44,443 bases of DNA from Burkholderiales bacterium (GTDB taxonomy: Bacteria; Pseudomonadota; Gammaproteobacteria; Burkholderiales; SG8-39), in the NCBI GenBank assembly GCA_036006885.1, contig DASYPG010000622.1:1-44443 (forward strand), read 5' to 3'. Position 1 is the stretch's first letter, and every line of letters starts with the position of its first letter. Made by a program: the position numbers and the translations under genes. The notes beneath the pieces were generated by a model. The model was not told the DNA's origin. It worked only from the letters and a program-made list of their open reading frames with translations, and made no database searches. This document shows, one piece after another, positions 8,910-16,817 of this stretch.

Positions 8910-9961
8910 ACGCGCGGCTCGCCGCAATCCTCGTCGTGCTGCTGGTCGTCCTCGGCGGCGGCGCGCTGCTTTACCAATACCAGGAGAGCAGCCAGCGCCC
9001 GGTCAACGCCGACACGCTCGGCCGCCCGCTCCTCAGGGATCTCAAGGCGGCCGAGGTCGCCTCGATCCGCATCGTCGAGCCGAAGGCCACCCTGACCGTG
9101 CGGCGCAAGGACGATCGCTGGGTGCTCGCCGAGCGCGCAGACTTTCCCGCCGACGTGGCGAAGGTGCGCGATTTCGTGGTGCAGGCGCTCTCGCTCAAGG
9201 TCGGCCAGAGCGAGCCGATCGGCGACAAGGACCGCGCGCGTCTCAACCTCGACGAGAGCGGCACCCAGGTGGAGTTCGGCGGCGCCGAAGGCAAGCCGCT
9301 CTCGAAGCTCAACGTCGGCAAGAAGTACTTCAAGCGCGAGGTCGACAACCCCGACAAGGCGCGCGCCGATGGCCGCTTCGTCGCGCTGCCGGGCGAGCCG
9401 AAGATGGTCTACATCGTCGCCGACCCCCTCGGCCAGGCCACCACCCGCAGCTCGGAGTGGATCGACAAGACCTCGTTCAAGGTGGAGAAGGTCAAGACGC
9501 TCGAGGTGCGCTACCCCGAGGGCGGCGGCTATCGCATCGAGCGCGACGGCGACAACGCCGATTGGCGCCTCGCCGGCGCGCGGGCCGACGAGAAGCTCGA
9601 GGTCACGAAGGCGAACGCGGCCTCGTATTCGCTGGGGCTGCTGGAGCTCGCCGACGTGGCGCCGCCGGGCACTACACTCGAGCAGCCGGTGTCGATCCAG
9701 GCAGCCACCTTCGACGGCCTGACCTACACCATCCGGGTGGGCAAGCTCCAGGGCGACAACTATCCGGTCGGCTTCAGCTCTTCCGGCACCCTGCGCAAGG
9801 ACGACAAGGATGCCGAACGGATCAAGAAAATCGAGGAGCGCCTGCCGCGCGAGAAGCTGCTTTCGAGCTACGTGCTGCTCATCCCGAAGTCCAAGCTCGA
9901 AGATACGCTGAAGACGCGCGCCGAGATGCTCGAGAAGAAGGACGACCCGAAGAAGAAGTAA
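8906..9961 (+). CDS. DUF4340-like membrane-anchored protein, fourth gene of the ABC-2/GldG operon
   Basis: ATGA overlap with the gldG-like stop. N-terminal anchor MNARLAAILVVLLVVLGGGALL. Its position after GldG is typical of DUF4340. The family assignment is from memory. Confidence 0.65.
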   Translation: MNARLAAILVVLLVVLGGGALLYQYQESSQRPVNADTLGRPLLRDLKAAEVASIRIVEPKATLTVRRKDDRWVLAERADFPADVAKVRDFVVQALSLKVGQSEPIGDKDRARLNLDESGTQVEFGGAEGKPLSKLNVGKKYFKREVDNPDKARADGRFVALPGEPKMVYIVADPLGQATTRSSEWIDKTSFKVEKVKTLEVRYPEGGGYRIERDGDNADWRLAGARADEKLEVTKANAASYSLGLLELADVAPPGTTLEQPVSIQAATFDGLTYTIRVGKLQGDNYPVGFSSSGTLRKDDKDAERIKKIEERLPREKLLSSYVLLIPKSKLEDTLKTRAEMLEKKDDPKKK

Positions 9962-9968
9962 GCGGCAA

Positions 9969-9995
9969 ACGGGCCCGGGGATGCCCCAGGCCCGT
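9969..9995. terminator. GC-rich hairpin between the convergent DUF4340 and ACT genes (candidate bidirectional terminator)
   Basis: ACGGGCCCGGGG-ATG-CCCCAGGCCCGT forms an 11/12-bp stem with one mismatch. There is no clear T-tract. Confidence 0.45.
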
Positions 9996-10018
9996 CAACG
10001 ATCCCTGCAAGAAATAGC

Positions 10019-10396
10019 TTACAGATCGGCCATCACGGAGCGCTGCGACCTCCACGCGCTGAACGCGAGCAGAACCACCAGCACGACCGCGGACACGATG
10101 AACACCGACTGGCCCAGGGTCGCCGGCGGCAGCGAAATGCCGGTCGCCGCGGGTTCCGCGGCCGGGGTCATCTTCACCGCGTACATGCCGGTGTAATTGA
10201 GCGCCTTGATCTCGGCGGCAAGCTTCTCCTTGTCGACTTGGGCGAGACCGAGTCGAATCTTCAGCAGCCGGGCGCCCGAGGGCAGTTCGGTGACTTTCTG
10301 GCCCTTTACGGTATAACCCTTGCGCGTCAGGAAGACCACCAGCCCTGCAAGCGAGCCCGCCTTGTCGGCGCCGCTGATCGTAATGACTGTTTCCAT
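10019..10396 (-). CDS. Small ACT-domain protein with a C-terminal transmembrane tail
   Basis: METVITISGADKAGSLAGLVVFLTRKGYTV... is an ACT-like beta-alpha-beta start. The C-terminal hydrophobic segment is SVFIVSAVVLVVLLAFSAW. Confidence 0.6.
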   Translation of the reverse strand: METVITISGADKAGSLAGLVVFLTRKGYTVKGQKVTELPSGARLLKIRLGLAQVDKEKLAAEIKALNYTGMYAVKMTPAAEPAATGISLPPATLGQSVFIVSAVVLVVLLAFSAWRSQRSVMADL

Positions 10397-10530
10397 GTTC
10401 GTCCCTCTGTACCCGGCGGCTACGATGTTGGCGGCGTTCTAGCACCGGGTCTTGGCAATTCGTCCTAAACTGCAGCAGAAATCACTGCCGTTCGTAGAGT
10501 CTTGGCGGGCAAAGTTCCTGGGAGGCCGTC

Positions 10531-10974
10531 GTGGAGGTGATTGATCCGCATGTTCCCGAGGTGTTCACGGTGATCCAGCTCGCCGTCGCCCCGGTGTTCT
10601 TGCTGACGGCGATCGGCACGATCATCGCGGCACTCAATATCCGGCTGGGGCGCGCGGTCGACCGCCGCCGCCACCTCGAGTCGCAGCTCCCTGCGATGGC
10701 GGCGGAGGAGCAGGCCTGGGCGCGCGAGGAGCTGGAGGTGATCGCCCGGCGCATTCGCTTCGTCTATTACGCGATCACGGCCGCGGTGATCTCGGGGCTG
10801 TTCGTCTGCCTGCTCATTGCGGGCGCCTTCATCGGCGCCTTCGTGCGGGTGAGCCTGTCCTACACCATCGGCGCGATGTTCGTCTTCGCCATGCTGGCCC
10901 TGATCGCGTCCCTGCTTTTGTTTTTACGCGAGATTTTCCTCGCGGTATCGACGCCCAGGCACGTCGCCCGCTAG
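10531..10974 (+). CDS. DUF2721-like integral membrane protein
   Basis: 147 aa with a GTG start and three hydrophobic segments. The pattern VIQLAVAPVFLLTAIGTIIAALNIRLGRAVDRRRHLE resembles DUF2721 as I recall it. Confidence 0.55.
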   Translation: MEVIDPHVPEVFTVIQLAVAPVFLLTAIGTIIAALNIRLGRAVDRRRHLESQLPAMAAEEQAWAREELEVIARRIRFVYYAITAAVISGLFVCLLIAGAFIGAFVRVSLSYTIGAMFVFAMLALIASLLLFLREIFLAVSTPRHVAR

Positions 10975-11048
10975 GGGCCGGCCGGTTCAGGCGCTTCTGC
11001 GGTCCGGGCCTTTTCGGGCCCTTCCTGCCGTCCGGCCCGTCCGGGCCC

Positions 11049-11078
11049 TTACATACCGCGGCGCGTTGCTGCTATAAC
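11049..11078 (+). promoter_or_regulatory. Candidate sigma70 promoter of the EF-G-like gene
   Basis: TTACAT (11049-11054), 18-nt spacer, TATAAC (11073-11078). SD GAGGAGG at 11088-11094 and GTG at 11102. Confidence 0.4.
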
Positions 11079-11101
11079 TCCCCGGACGAGGAGGCAAACC
11101 C

Positions 11102-13144
11102 GTGTCAAATTCGATCGAGCGTATAAGGACGCTTGCGCTGGTCGGCCAGTCCGGTTCTGGAAAGACCAGTCTGGCCGAGGCGCTGCTCGCAAAGGCGGGA
11201 GCGATCCCCGCCGGCGGCAGCGTCGAGCGCGGCACCACTGCATGTGACTACACCCCGCTTGAAAAGCAGCTGCAGCATTCCCTGAAGCTCGCGGTCGCAA
11301 GCTTCGAGACTCAAGACACCCGCATCCACCTGCTCGACACCCCGGGCTACCCCGATTTCCTCGGCCACGCCCTGCCGGCGCTCGCCGCGGTGGAAACCGC
11401 CGGCATCGTGATCAACGCGCAGAACGGCATCGAGATGATGACCGGCCGCTTCATGCAGTGGGCGGCGCGCCGCGGGCTCGACCGCCTGGTGATCGTGAAC
11501 AGGATCGACGCCGACAACGTCGACCTGGAGGCCCTGCTCGAGCGCATCCAGCAGACCTTCGGCAAGGAATGCCTGCCGCTCAACCTGCCGGCCGGCGGCC
11601 GCAGCAAGGTCTCCGACTGCTTCTTCGCGCCTTCGGGCGATGCCGACTTCTCGTCGGTGGAAGAGGCCCACCGGCGCCTGGTCGACCAGGTGGTCGAGGT
11701 CGACGAGAAGCTGATGGAGACCTACCTCGAGAAGGGCGAGGTGACGCCCGAGGAGCTGCACGGACCGCTCGAGCGCGCCCTGCGCGAGGGCCATCTCATC
11801 CCGGTCGTCTTCACGTCGGCGAAAACCGGCGCCGGCATCGGCGAGCTGATCGACGTCATCGCCCGGCTCCTGCCCAATCCGTCCGAAGGCAATCCGCCGG
11901 TGTACATCAAGACGATGGGCGACAAGACCGAGGAGCTGCGCGCCGAGCCCGACACCAAGAAGCACGCGCTCGCGCACGTGTTCAAGATCGAGATCGATCC
12001 CTATATCGGGCGCGTGGCGGTTTTCCGCGTGCACCAGGGACGGCTCACCTCGGGCGGCCAGCTCTTCATCGGCGAAGGCAGGAAGCCGATCAAGCCCGGG
12101 CACCTCTACATGCTGCGCGGGAAGACCCAGACCGAGGTGAGCGAGGCTCTGCCGGGCGACATCTGCGCCATCGCCAAGATCGACGACATCCAGTTCGACC
12201 ACGTGCTGCACGACTCGGCCGAGGACGCGCACGTGCACGCCCGGCCGCTCGAGCTGCCCACCTCGGTGTTCGGGCTCGCGGTGCAGCCGAAAAAGCGCGG
12301 CGACGAGCAGAAAGTGTCCGATGTCCTGCACAAGATTTCAGCCGAGGACCCGTGCTTCCGCATCGAGCACAACTCGCAGGCGAACGAGACGGTCATGCGC
12401 GGCCTCGGCGAGATGCATCTCAAGGCGGTGCTCGAAAAGATGTTGTCGCAGTACAAGCTCGAGCTCGACACCAAGCCGCCCTCGATCCCGTTCCGCGAGA
12501 CCATCGCGGTCAGGGCCGAGGGCCATAGCCGCCACAAGAAGCAGACCGGCGGCGCCGGCCAGTTCGGCGAGGTGTTCCTTAAGGTCGAGCCGTTGCCGCG
12601 CGGCACCGGCTTCGAGTTCGTCGACAGCGTGAAGGGCGGTTCGATCCCGAACCAGTTCATCCCGGCGGTGGAGAAAGGCGTGCGCGGCGTGCTGGAGACC
12701 GGCTACATCGCGGGCTACCCGCTGCAGGACGTGCGCGTGATCGTGTACGACGGCAAGAGCCATCCGGTCGACTCGAAGGAGGTCGCGTTCGTCTCCGCCG
12801 GGCGCAAAGCGTTCCTCGACGCGCTCGGCAAAGCGCGTCCGATCGTGCTCGAGCCGATCGTGAACGTCGAGATCATCGCGCCCGAGGCGAAGATGGGCGA
12901 TGTGGCAGGCGAGCTCTCCGGCCACCGCGGCCAGATCAAGGGCTCCGACTCGCCGCGTCCGGGCACGGTGCAGATCACCGCGCAGGCTCCGCTCTCGGAG
13001 CTCGAGCACTTCCCCGCGCGGCTGAAGTCGCTGACCGCAGGGCACGGCACCTACAGCATGGAGTTCAGCCACTACGAGGCGGCGCCGCCCCAGCTCCAGC
13101 AGAAGCTCGCCGCGGCGCACAAGCCGCAAGCCGAAGCGGAGTAG
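11102..13144 (+). CDS. Elongation factor G paralogue (EF-G-like GTPase, non-canonical motifs)
   Basis: 680 aa. G1 GQSGSGKT, G3 DTPGYPDF, G4 NRID. The domain IV segment HKKQTGGAGQFGEV aligns with HKKQSGGRGQYGHV of E. coli EF-G, and the domain V/C-terminus is collinear. Confidence 0.9.
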   Translation: MSNSIERIRTLALVGQSGSGKTSLAEALLAKAGAIPAGGSVERGTTACDYTPLEKQLQHSLKLAVASFETQDTRIHLLDTPGYPDFLGHALPALAAVETAGIVINAQNGIEMMTGRFMQWAARRGLDRLVIVNRIDADNVDLEALLERIQQTFGKECLPLNLPAGGRSKVSDCFFAPSGDADFSSVEEAHRRLVDQVVEVDEKLMETYLEKGEVTPEELHGPLERALREGHLIPVVFTSAKTGAGIGELIDVIARLLPNPSEGNPPVYIKTMGDKTEELRAEPDTKKHALAHVFKIEIDPYIGRVAVFRVHQGRLTSGGQLFIGEGRKPIKPGHLYMLRGKTQTEVSEALPGDICAIAKIDDIQFDHVLHDSAEDAHVHARPLELPTSVFGLAVQPKKRGDEQKVSDVLHKISAEDPCFRIEHNSQANETVMRGLGEMHLKAVLEKMLSQYKLELDTKPPSIPFRETIAVRAEGHSRHKKQTGGAGQFGEVFLKVEPLPRGTGFEFVDSVKGGSIPNQFIPAVEKGVRGVLETGYIAGYPLQDVRVIVYDGKSHPVDSKEVAFVSAGRKAFLDALGKARPIVLEPIVNVEIIAPEAKMGDVAGELSGHRGQIKGSDSPRPGTVQITAQAPLSELEHFPARLKSLTAGHGTYSMEFSHYEAAPPQLQQKLAAAHKPQAEAE

Positions 13145-13148
13145 CGGC

Positions 13149-13976
13149 GTGCATTTCGTGCGCGCGGGGCACGGCGCCCCGCCGCTCCTCTTCGTCCACG
13201 GTTTTGCTTGCCGCCTTGAGGACTGGCAGGCACAAATCCAGCACTTCGAAAAAAGCCACACCGTGGTGGCATGCGACCTCCGCGGCCACGGCGAGACGCC
13301 CGGCCGCCCACACGAATGCTCGATCACGCACTACGGCGGCGACGTCGCCGCGCTCGTCAATCATCTCGAGCTGAACGGCTGCATCCTGATCGGCCACAGC
13401 ATGGGCACGCGCGTGGTGCTGGAGGCGAACCGGGTGCTTGTTTCCTCCCACTACCCCGAGCGGGTGGGCGGCATCGTGCTGATCGACGGCAGCCGCTCGG
13501 GCAGCGGCGATCCGGATGCCGCCGAGGCGGCCGCGCGGGCAGCGGTCGAAAAGGCCGGCTACCCCGCCTTCGCCGAGCACCTCTTCCGCCAGATGTTCTT
13601 CACGCCCTCGCCCGAGGCCGACGCGATCGTCGCGCGCGCGCTGCGGCAAAGCGCCGAGTTCGGACCCCTCCTCTGGCCCGCCATGGCGCGCTGGGATGCC
13701 GCCGAGATGGATGCGGCGCTCGCCGCCGTGCGCGCACCGCTCCTCGCCATCCAGAGCACCACGCGCGACGCGCAGCTACGCCGCTCGCCTCTCAAGGCGG
13801 GTCAGAGCACGCCCTACCTCGATCTCATCCGCAGTTCGGTTCCGGGCGCGACCATCGCAGTCGTCCCGGACACCGGGCACTTCACCCAGATCGAGGCCGC
13901 CGGCGAAGTCAACCGTCTGATCGGCGATTTCATAAGGGAATCGGGGTCAGACTCCCGAAGTTACTTCGGGCGATAG
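13149..13976 (+). CDS. Alpha/beta-fold hydrolase
   Basis: HGF oxyanion region LLFVHGFAC, nucleophile elbow GHSMG, C-terminal PDTGHF histidine. It starts 4 nt after the EF-G-like stop. Confidence 0.85.
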   Translation: MHFVRAGHGAPPLLFVHGFACRLEDWQAQIQHFEKSHTVVACDLRGHGETPGRPHECSITHYGGDVAALVNHLELNGCILIGHSMGTRVVLEANRVLVSSHYPERVGGIVLIDGSRSGSGDPDAAEAAARAAVEKAGYPAFAEHLFRQMFFTPSPEADAIVARALRQSAEFGPLLWPAMARWDAAEMDAALAAVRAPLLAIQSTTRDAQLRRSPLKAGQSTPYLDLIRSSVPGATIAVVPDTGHFTQIEAAGEVNRLIGDFIRESGSDSRSYFGR

Positions 13977-14359
13977 TCCGACGGGGCTTCGGCTGGCGGT
14001 TCACCGGACGGCGGAGGCGGCGGGGTGCGCGCCGCCGAGCGCTCCGGCTGCGAGCGATCCGAGTATGTCCCGCTGACCGGCACCTTGTGGCCGCGCGCGA
14101 ACATGCATTGCGCGAAGGCATTGTCGTAGTGCCGCTGAAGCCGGACCGTCGCCGCGTACGAGTCGTCCGAGCTTTGCGCCGCGCCTTTCCCGACTTCGGA
14201 GAGCGCGAATCCACGGCACTCCTGGTCGTCGGAGTGGAACTGGTCGAAGCTCTTTCCGGTTCCGGGCAGAACGAGGATGCTCGGCGCGGTGGGCAACGGC
14301 GGCGGCGATGCGCAGGCCGCGGCGAGCGAGGCTGCGAGGACGAGGGCGGTCTTTCTCAT
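13961..14359 (-). CDS. Small lipoprotein (hypothetical)
   Basis: MRKTALVLAASLAAAC has a lipobox. Two Cys-containing conserved-looking blocks (DQECRGFA, YDNAFAQCMFARGHKVP) and a Pro-rich tail. ATGA overlap with the upstream gene. Confidence 0.6.
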   Translation of the reverse strand: MRKTALVLAASLAAACASPPPLPTAPSILVLPGTGKSFDQFHSDDQECRGFALSEVGKGAAQSSDDSYAATVRLQRHYDNAFAQCMFARGHKVPVSGTYSDRSQPERSAARTPPPPPSGEPPAEAPSDYRPK

Positions 14360-14712
14360 TTGGTCGGCGCGGGCGGCACGCGCTCCCAGCCGCTCGGGCA
14401 CTCCTTCACGTAGGGATAGTAGCCTTCCGAAGCATCGCAGTAGTACCACCAGCGTTCGCTGCTCGGCGCGGTTTGCTTGGCCGGCGTGCTTTGCTCGATA
14501 TAGGTCGTCGGCTGCTGCGGTTGAACGACGATGGCAGGCGGATAGTAGTAGTACGGCGGCGGGTAGTACCAAGGGCCCCAGGGTCCCCGATACGGATAGC
14601 CGAACCCGACCGCGACACCCACGTGCGTGTGCGTGTGACGGGCGAGCGCCGGCTCGCTGGCGAACACACACGCAAGCGCAAGAAAGCATGCAGCGAACGC
14701 CGCGGTGCGCAT
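14356..14712 (-). CDS. Secreted Tyr/Pro/Trp-rich small protein (hypothetical)
   Basis: Signal peptide MRTAAFAACFLALACVFASEPALA, followed by RHTHTH, GFGYPYRGPWGPWYYPPPYYYYPP, and the C-terminal WWYYCDASEGYYPYVKECPSGWERVP motif. Confidence 0.6.
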   Translation of the reverse strand: MRTAAFAACFLALACVFASEPALARHTHTHVGVAVGFGYPYRGPWGPWYYPPPYYYYPPAIVVQPQQPTTYIEQSTPAKQTAPSSERWWYYCDASEGYYPYVKECPSGWERVPPAPTK

Positions 14713-14889
14713 GCGTTGAGCCTACACCGCGCCGCCGCCGCGAAAAAGGGGCGGAGCAATTTCCCCGCGGTCGGCGTGACCATGTCGTCGCCGCCGCTAC
14801 ATCGCCATCGTGCGGTCAAGAACAAGTCGATGCGCCCGATCGCCGTGATAGAGTCGGCGCCGACCCAGCGGCATCCATGGACTGCTGAG

Positions 14890-15150
14890 ATGATCGAACG
14901 CTTCGTGCCTGGGCTGCGGCGGCTGCTAGGTTATCGGCGGGAGTGGCTGAGGGCGGATCTGGTGGCCGGGGTCTTGGTGGCGGCGGTGGCATTGCCCACC
15001 GCGATCGCCTACTCGCAGCTGGTCGGCTTCACGCCCATCGTCGGCCTCTACGCGGCCATCCTGCCACTGGTGGCCTACGCGCTGTTCGGGACTTCGCGAC
15101 AGCTCATCGTGAATCCATCAGGCCCGAACCCAGGATGCCGATTGGCATGA
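14890..15150 (+). pseudogene. SulP-family anion transporter, N-terminal remnant (about 75 authentic residues)
   Basis: MIERFVPGLRRLLGYRREWLRADLVAGVLVAAVALPTAIAYSQLVGFTPIVGLYAAILPLVAYALFGTSRQLIV is a typical SulP N-terminus. The match ends near 15110, and the ORF stops 13 codons later. Full-length SulP proteins are around 500-600 aa. Confidence 0.65.
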
Positions 15151-15260
15151 GAGGTGTCCTTGGGCTACTCCTTCTTCCCGGTTAATCCAAGCCCTTCGTC
15201 TCGAGAAACTTGGAAAGCAGTCCGACTACCGGCGCTGCGGGATGCTGCCTGCCTGACCTG

Positions 15261-15773
15261 TTACTTCACCGACTCGGCGCCCGCCTTGCAGACCACCTCG
15301 TCCTGCGAGCCGGTGCCACCCGAGCAGCCGATCGCGCCGATCAGCTGGCCGTTCACCACGATCGGAATGCCGCCGCGTGAGGCGATGACGTCGTCGAGCG
15401 TCAGCAGGTAGTTGTTGCCGCCCTGTACGCCGGCCTCGAACGCCTTGGTCTCGCGCCGGTACATCGCGGCCGCCCGAGCCTTGTGCTCGGAGATCGCAAT
15501 GGAGCCGAGCTGCGCGCCGTCCATGCGAGCGAAAGCAACCAGGCGCCCGCCCGAGTCGACCATCGCGACGTTCAGCTTCCAGCCGCGCTTCTTCGACTCG
15601 GCAATAGCGGCGCTGATCGCTGCCTGCGCCTTGTCGAGCGAGATCGGCGTGCCGTAGGGAATGTCGTTCGGCATCTTGTCCGGAACGTTGTCCATCGGAT
15701 TCGGTTGCTGCGCCATGGCGCAGGTTGCAAGCGCGAGCGAGGCGCTCGCGAGGACCGCTCTCACATGTTTCAT
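15261..15773 (-). CDS. GlcG/HbpS-like (DUF336) protein, exported form
   Basis: Signal peptide MKHVRAVLASASLALATCAMAQ. DUF336 core VAMVDSGGRLVAFARMDGAQ...GGIPIVVNGQLIGAIGCSGGTGSQDE. GAGAGGAAA RBS. Confidence 0.8.
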   Translation of the reverse strand: MKHVRAVLASASLALATCAMAQQPNPMDNVPDKMPNDIPYGTPISLDKAQAAISAAIAESKKRGWKLNVAMVDSGGRLVAFARMDGAQLGSIAISEHKARAAAMYRRETKAFEAGVQGGNNYLLTLDDVIASRGGIPIVVNGQLIGAIGCSGGTGSQDEVVCKAGAESVK

Positions 15774-15812
15774 TGTTTCCTCTCTGGGTGAACTGACTAC
15801 GCAGGTAAACAC

Positions 15813-16223
15813 TTATCCAAGCGCTTTGATTCCGGCGGCGATGATCTGCTCGTCCTCGTGCGACTGTACGCCCGAGGCGCCGATGCCGCCGACGCAGACG
15901 TTGTCGACGACGATCGGCAGGCCGCCCTGCACCGGCGTGATGCCCGGCATGCCGAGCATCGAGTTGCGGCCCGCCTTGATGCGCTCCTCCCACACCAGCG
16001 TCGAGCGCCGCGTTTCCGCCGCGGTCTTGCCCTTGGCGATGGCGGCGCGCGCGTTGAAGGGCGAAGCGCCGTCCATGCGGATCAGGTGCAGCAGGTGGCC
16101 GCCGTCGTCGAGGATGGCGATGGCGACGATCCAGTTAAAAGGATAGGAAATTCCTTCGCGTCCGTTCCGCGAAATGCGCGCGCCTGCGGCGTGTCCGGGT
16201 CGCTGAGCGGTACGTCTCGCCAT
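15813..16223 (-). CDS. GlcG/HbpS-like (DUF336) protein, no signal peptide; start uncertain
   Basis: Core IAILDDGGHLLHLIRMDGAS...GGLPIVVDNVCVGGIGASGVQSHEDE. The N-terminal 30 aa are atypical. Confidence 0.7.
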   Translation of the reverse strand: MARRTAQRPGHAAGARISRNGREGISYPFNWIVAIAILDDGGHLLHLIRMDGASPFNARAAIAKGKTAAETRRSTLVWEERIKAGRNSMLGMPGITPVQGGLPIVVDNVCVGGIGASGVQSHEDEQIIAAGIKALG

Positions 16224-16453
16224 GATCGATCCTGGCCGCGGCTGCGCGCCCGGCACCCAAAAGCGGTCTTATGGCAAATAATCTTGACCGCCTGCGCGGA
16301 TGCGGCGCCGGCCGCAAACGCAAAGCCGGCAGCGAGCGCGATTCCTTCCGCGGTTTTCACCATGCGCATTTTTGCGCTCCGAAAGTGGGCGGATTCTAAA
16401 CCGGAACAGCGCGCAGGGCGGGTACCCGGATGACGCCGCGGCCCGCGAATTTC

Positions 16454-16492
16454 TTGACCGTCGGGAATTGCGGAGTACACTGAATAAATTCC
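16454..16492 (+). promoter_or_regulatory. Candidate sigma70 promoter of the Rieske operon, with an inverted repeat over the -10 element
   Basis: TTGACC (16454-16459), 16-nt spacer, TACACT (16476-16481). The inverted repeat GGAATT (16464-16469) / AATTCC (16487-16492) brackets the -10. Confidence 0.4.
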
Positions 16493-16505
16493 TGAGGGGG
16501 ATCGG

Positions 16506-16817
16506 TTGGGCTGGCAAGAGGTGGCGGGCGCGCAGTCGCTCGGCGAGGACGAGGCCATCGGCGTGGTGCTGGGCGACAAGCCCGTCGCGCTGATCCGCAG
16601 CGCCGGCAAGCTCTACGCGCTGCACAATGTCTGCACGCACCAGTTCGCGCTGCTTTCCGACGGCTATGTCGAGGACGGCTGCATCGAGTGTCCGCTGCAC
16701 CAGGGGCGGTTCGATCTCGAGACGGGCGAGCCCAAGGCGCCGCCGGTCACCGAGCCGGTGCGCGTCTATCCGGTGAAGTCCGAGAACGGCAGGGTGTTCG
16801 TCGACCTCGATGGCTGA
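16506..16817 (+). CDS. Rieske-type [2Fe-2S] ferredoxin component of an aromatic ring-hydroxylating oxygenase
   Basis: 103 aa with a TTG start. CTHQ...17 residues...CPLHQG (CxH/CxxH Rieske ligands). Confidence 0.85.
   Translation: MGWQEVAGAQSLGEDEAIGVVLGDKPVALIRSAGKLYALHNVCTHQFALLSDGYVEDGCIECPLHQGRFDLETGEPKAPPVTEPVRVYPVKSENGRVFVDLDG

Noticed and set aside
8884-10017. 377-aa Arg/Gly/Pro-rich ORF in an alternate frame of the DUF4340 gene. Similar ORFs occur at 13271-14413 and 14308-14889.
   Set aside because: Extreme Arg/Pro/Gly composition typical of off-frame high-GC translation. They overlap better-supported genes.
11003-11047. GC-rich repeated motif TCCGGGCC (11003-11010 and 11040-11047, variant at 11031-11038) after the DUF2721 gene, considered as a terminator or REP-like element
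   Set aside because: The copies are direct rather than inverted repeats. I could not build a convincing stem-loop or find further copies in the window.
11105-12331. 408-aa minus-strand ORF and a 356-aa alternate-frame plus-strand ORF (11458-12528) within the EF-G-like gene
   Set aside because: Shadow frames. The EF-G frame carries all the GTPase motifs.
16290-16370. Signal-peptide-like short ORF (MRMVKTAEGIALAAGFAFAAGAASAQA...) on the minus strand upstream of the second GlcG gene
   Set aside because: The continuation after the putative cleavage site has no coding character, and the frame differs from the DUF336 domain. It is kept only as a hint of a possible old frameshift and is not called as a gene.
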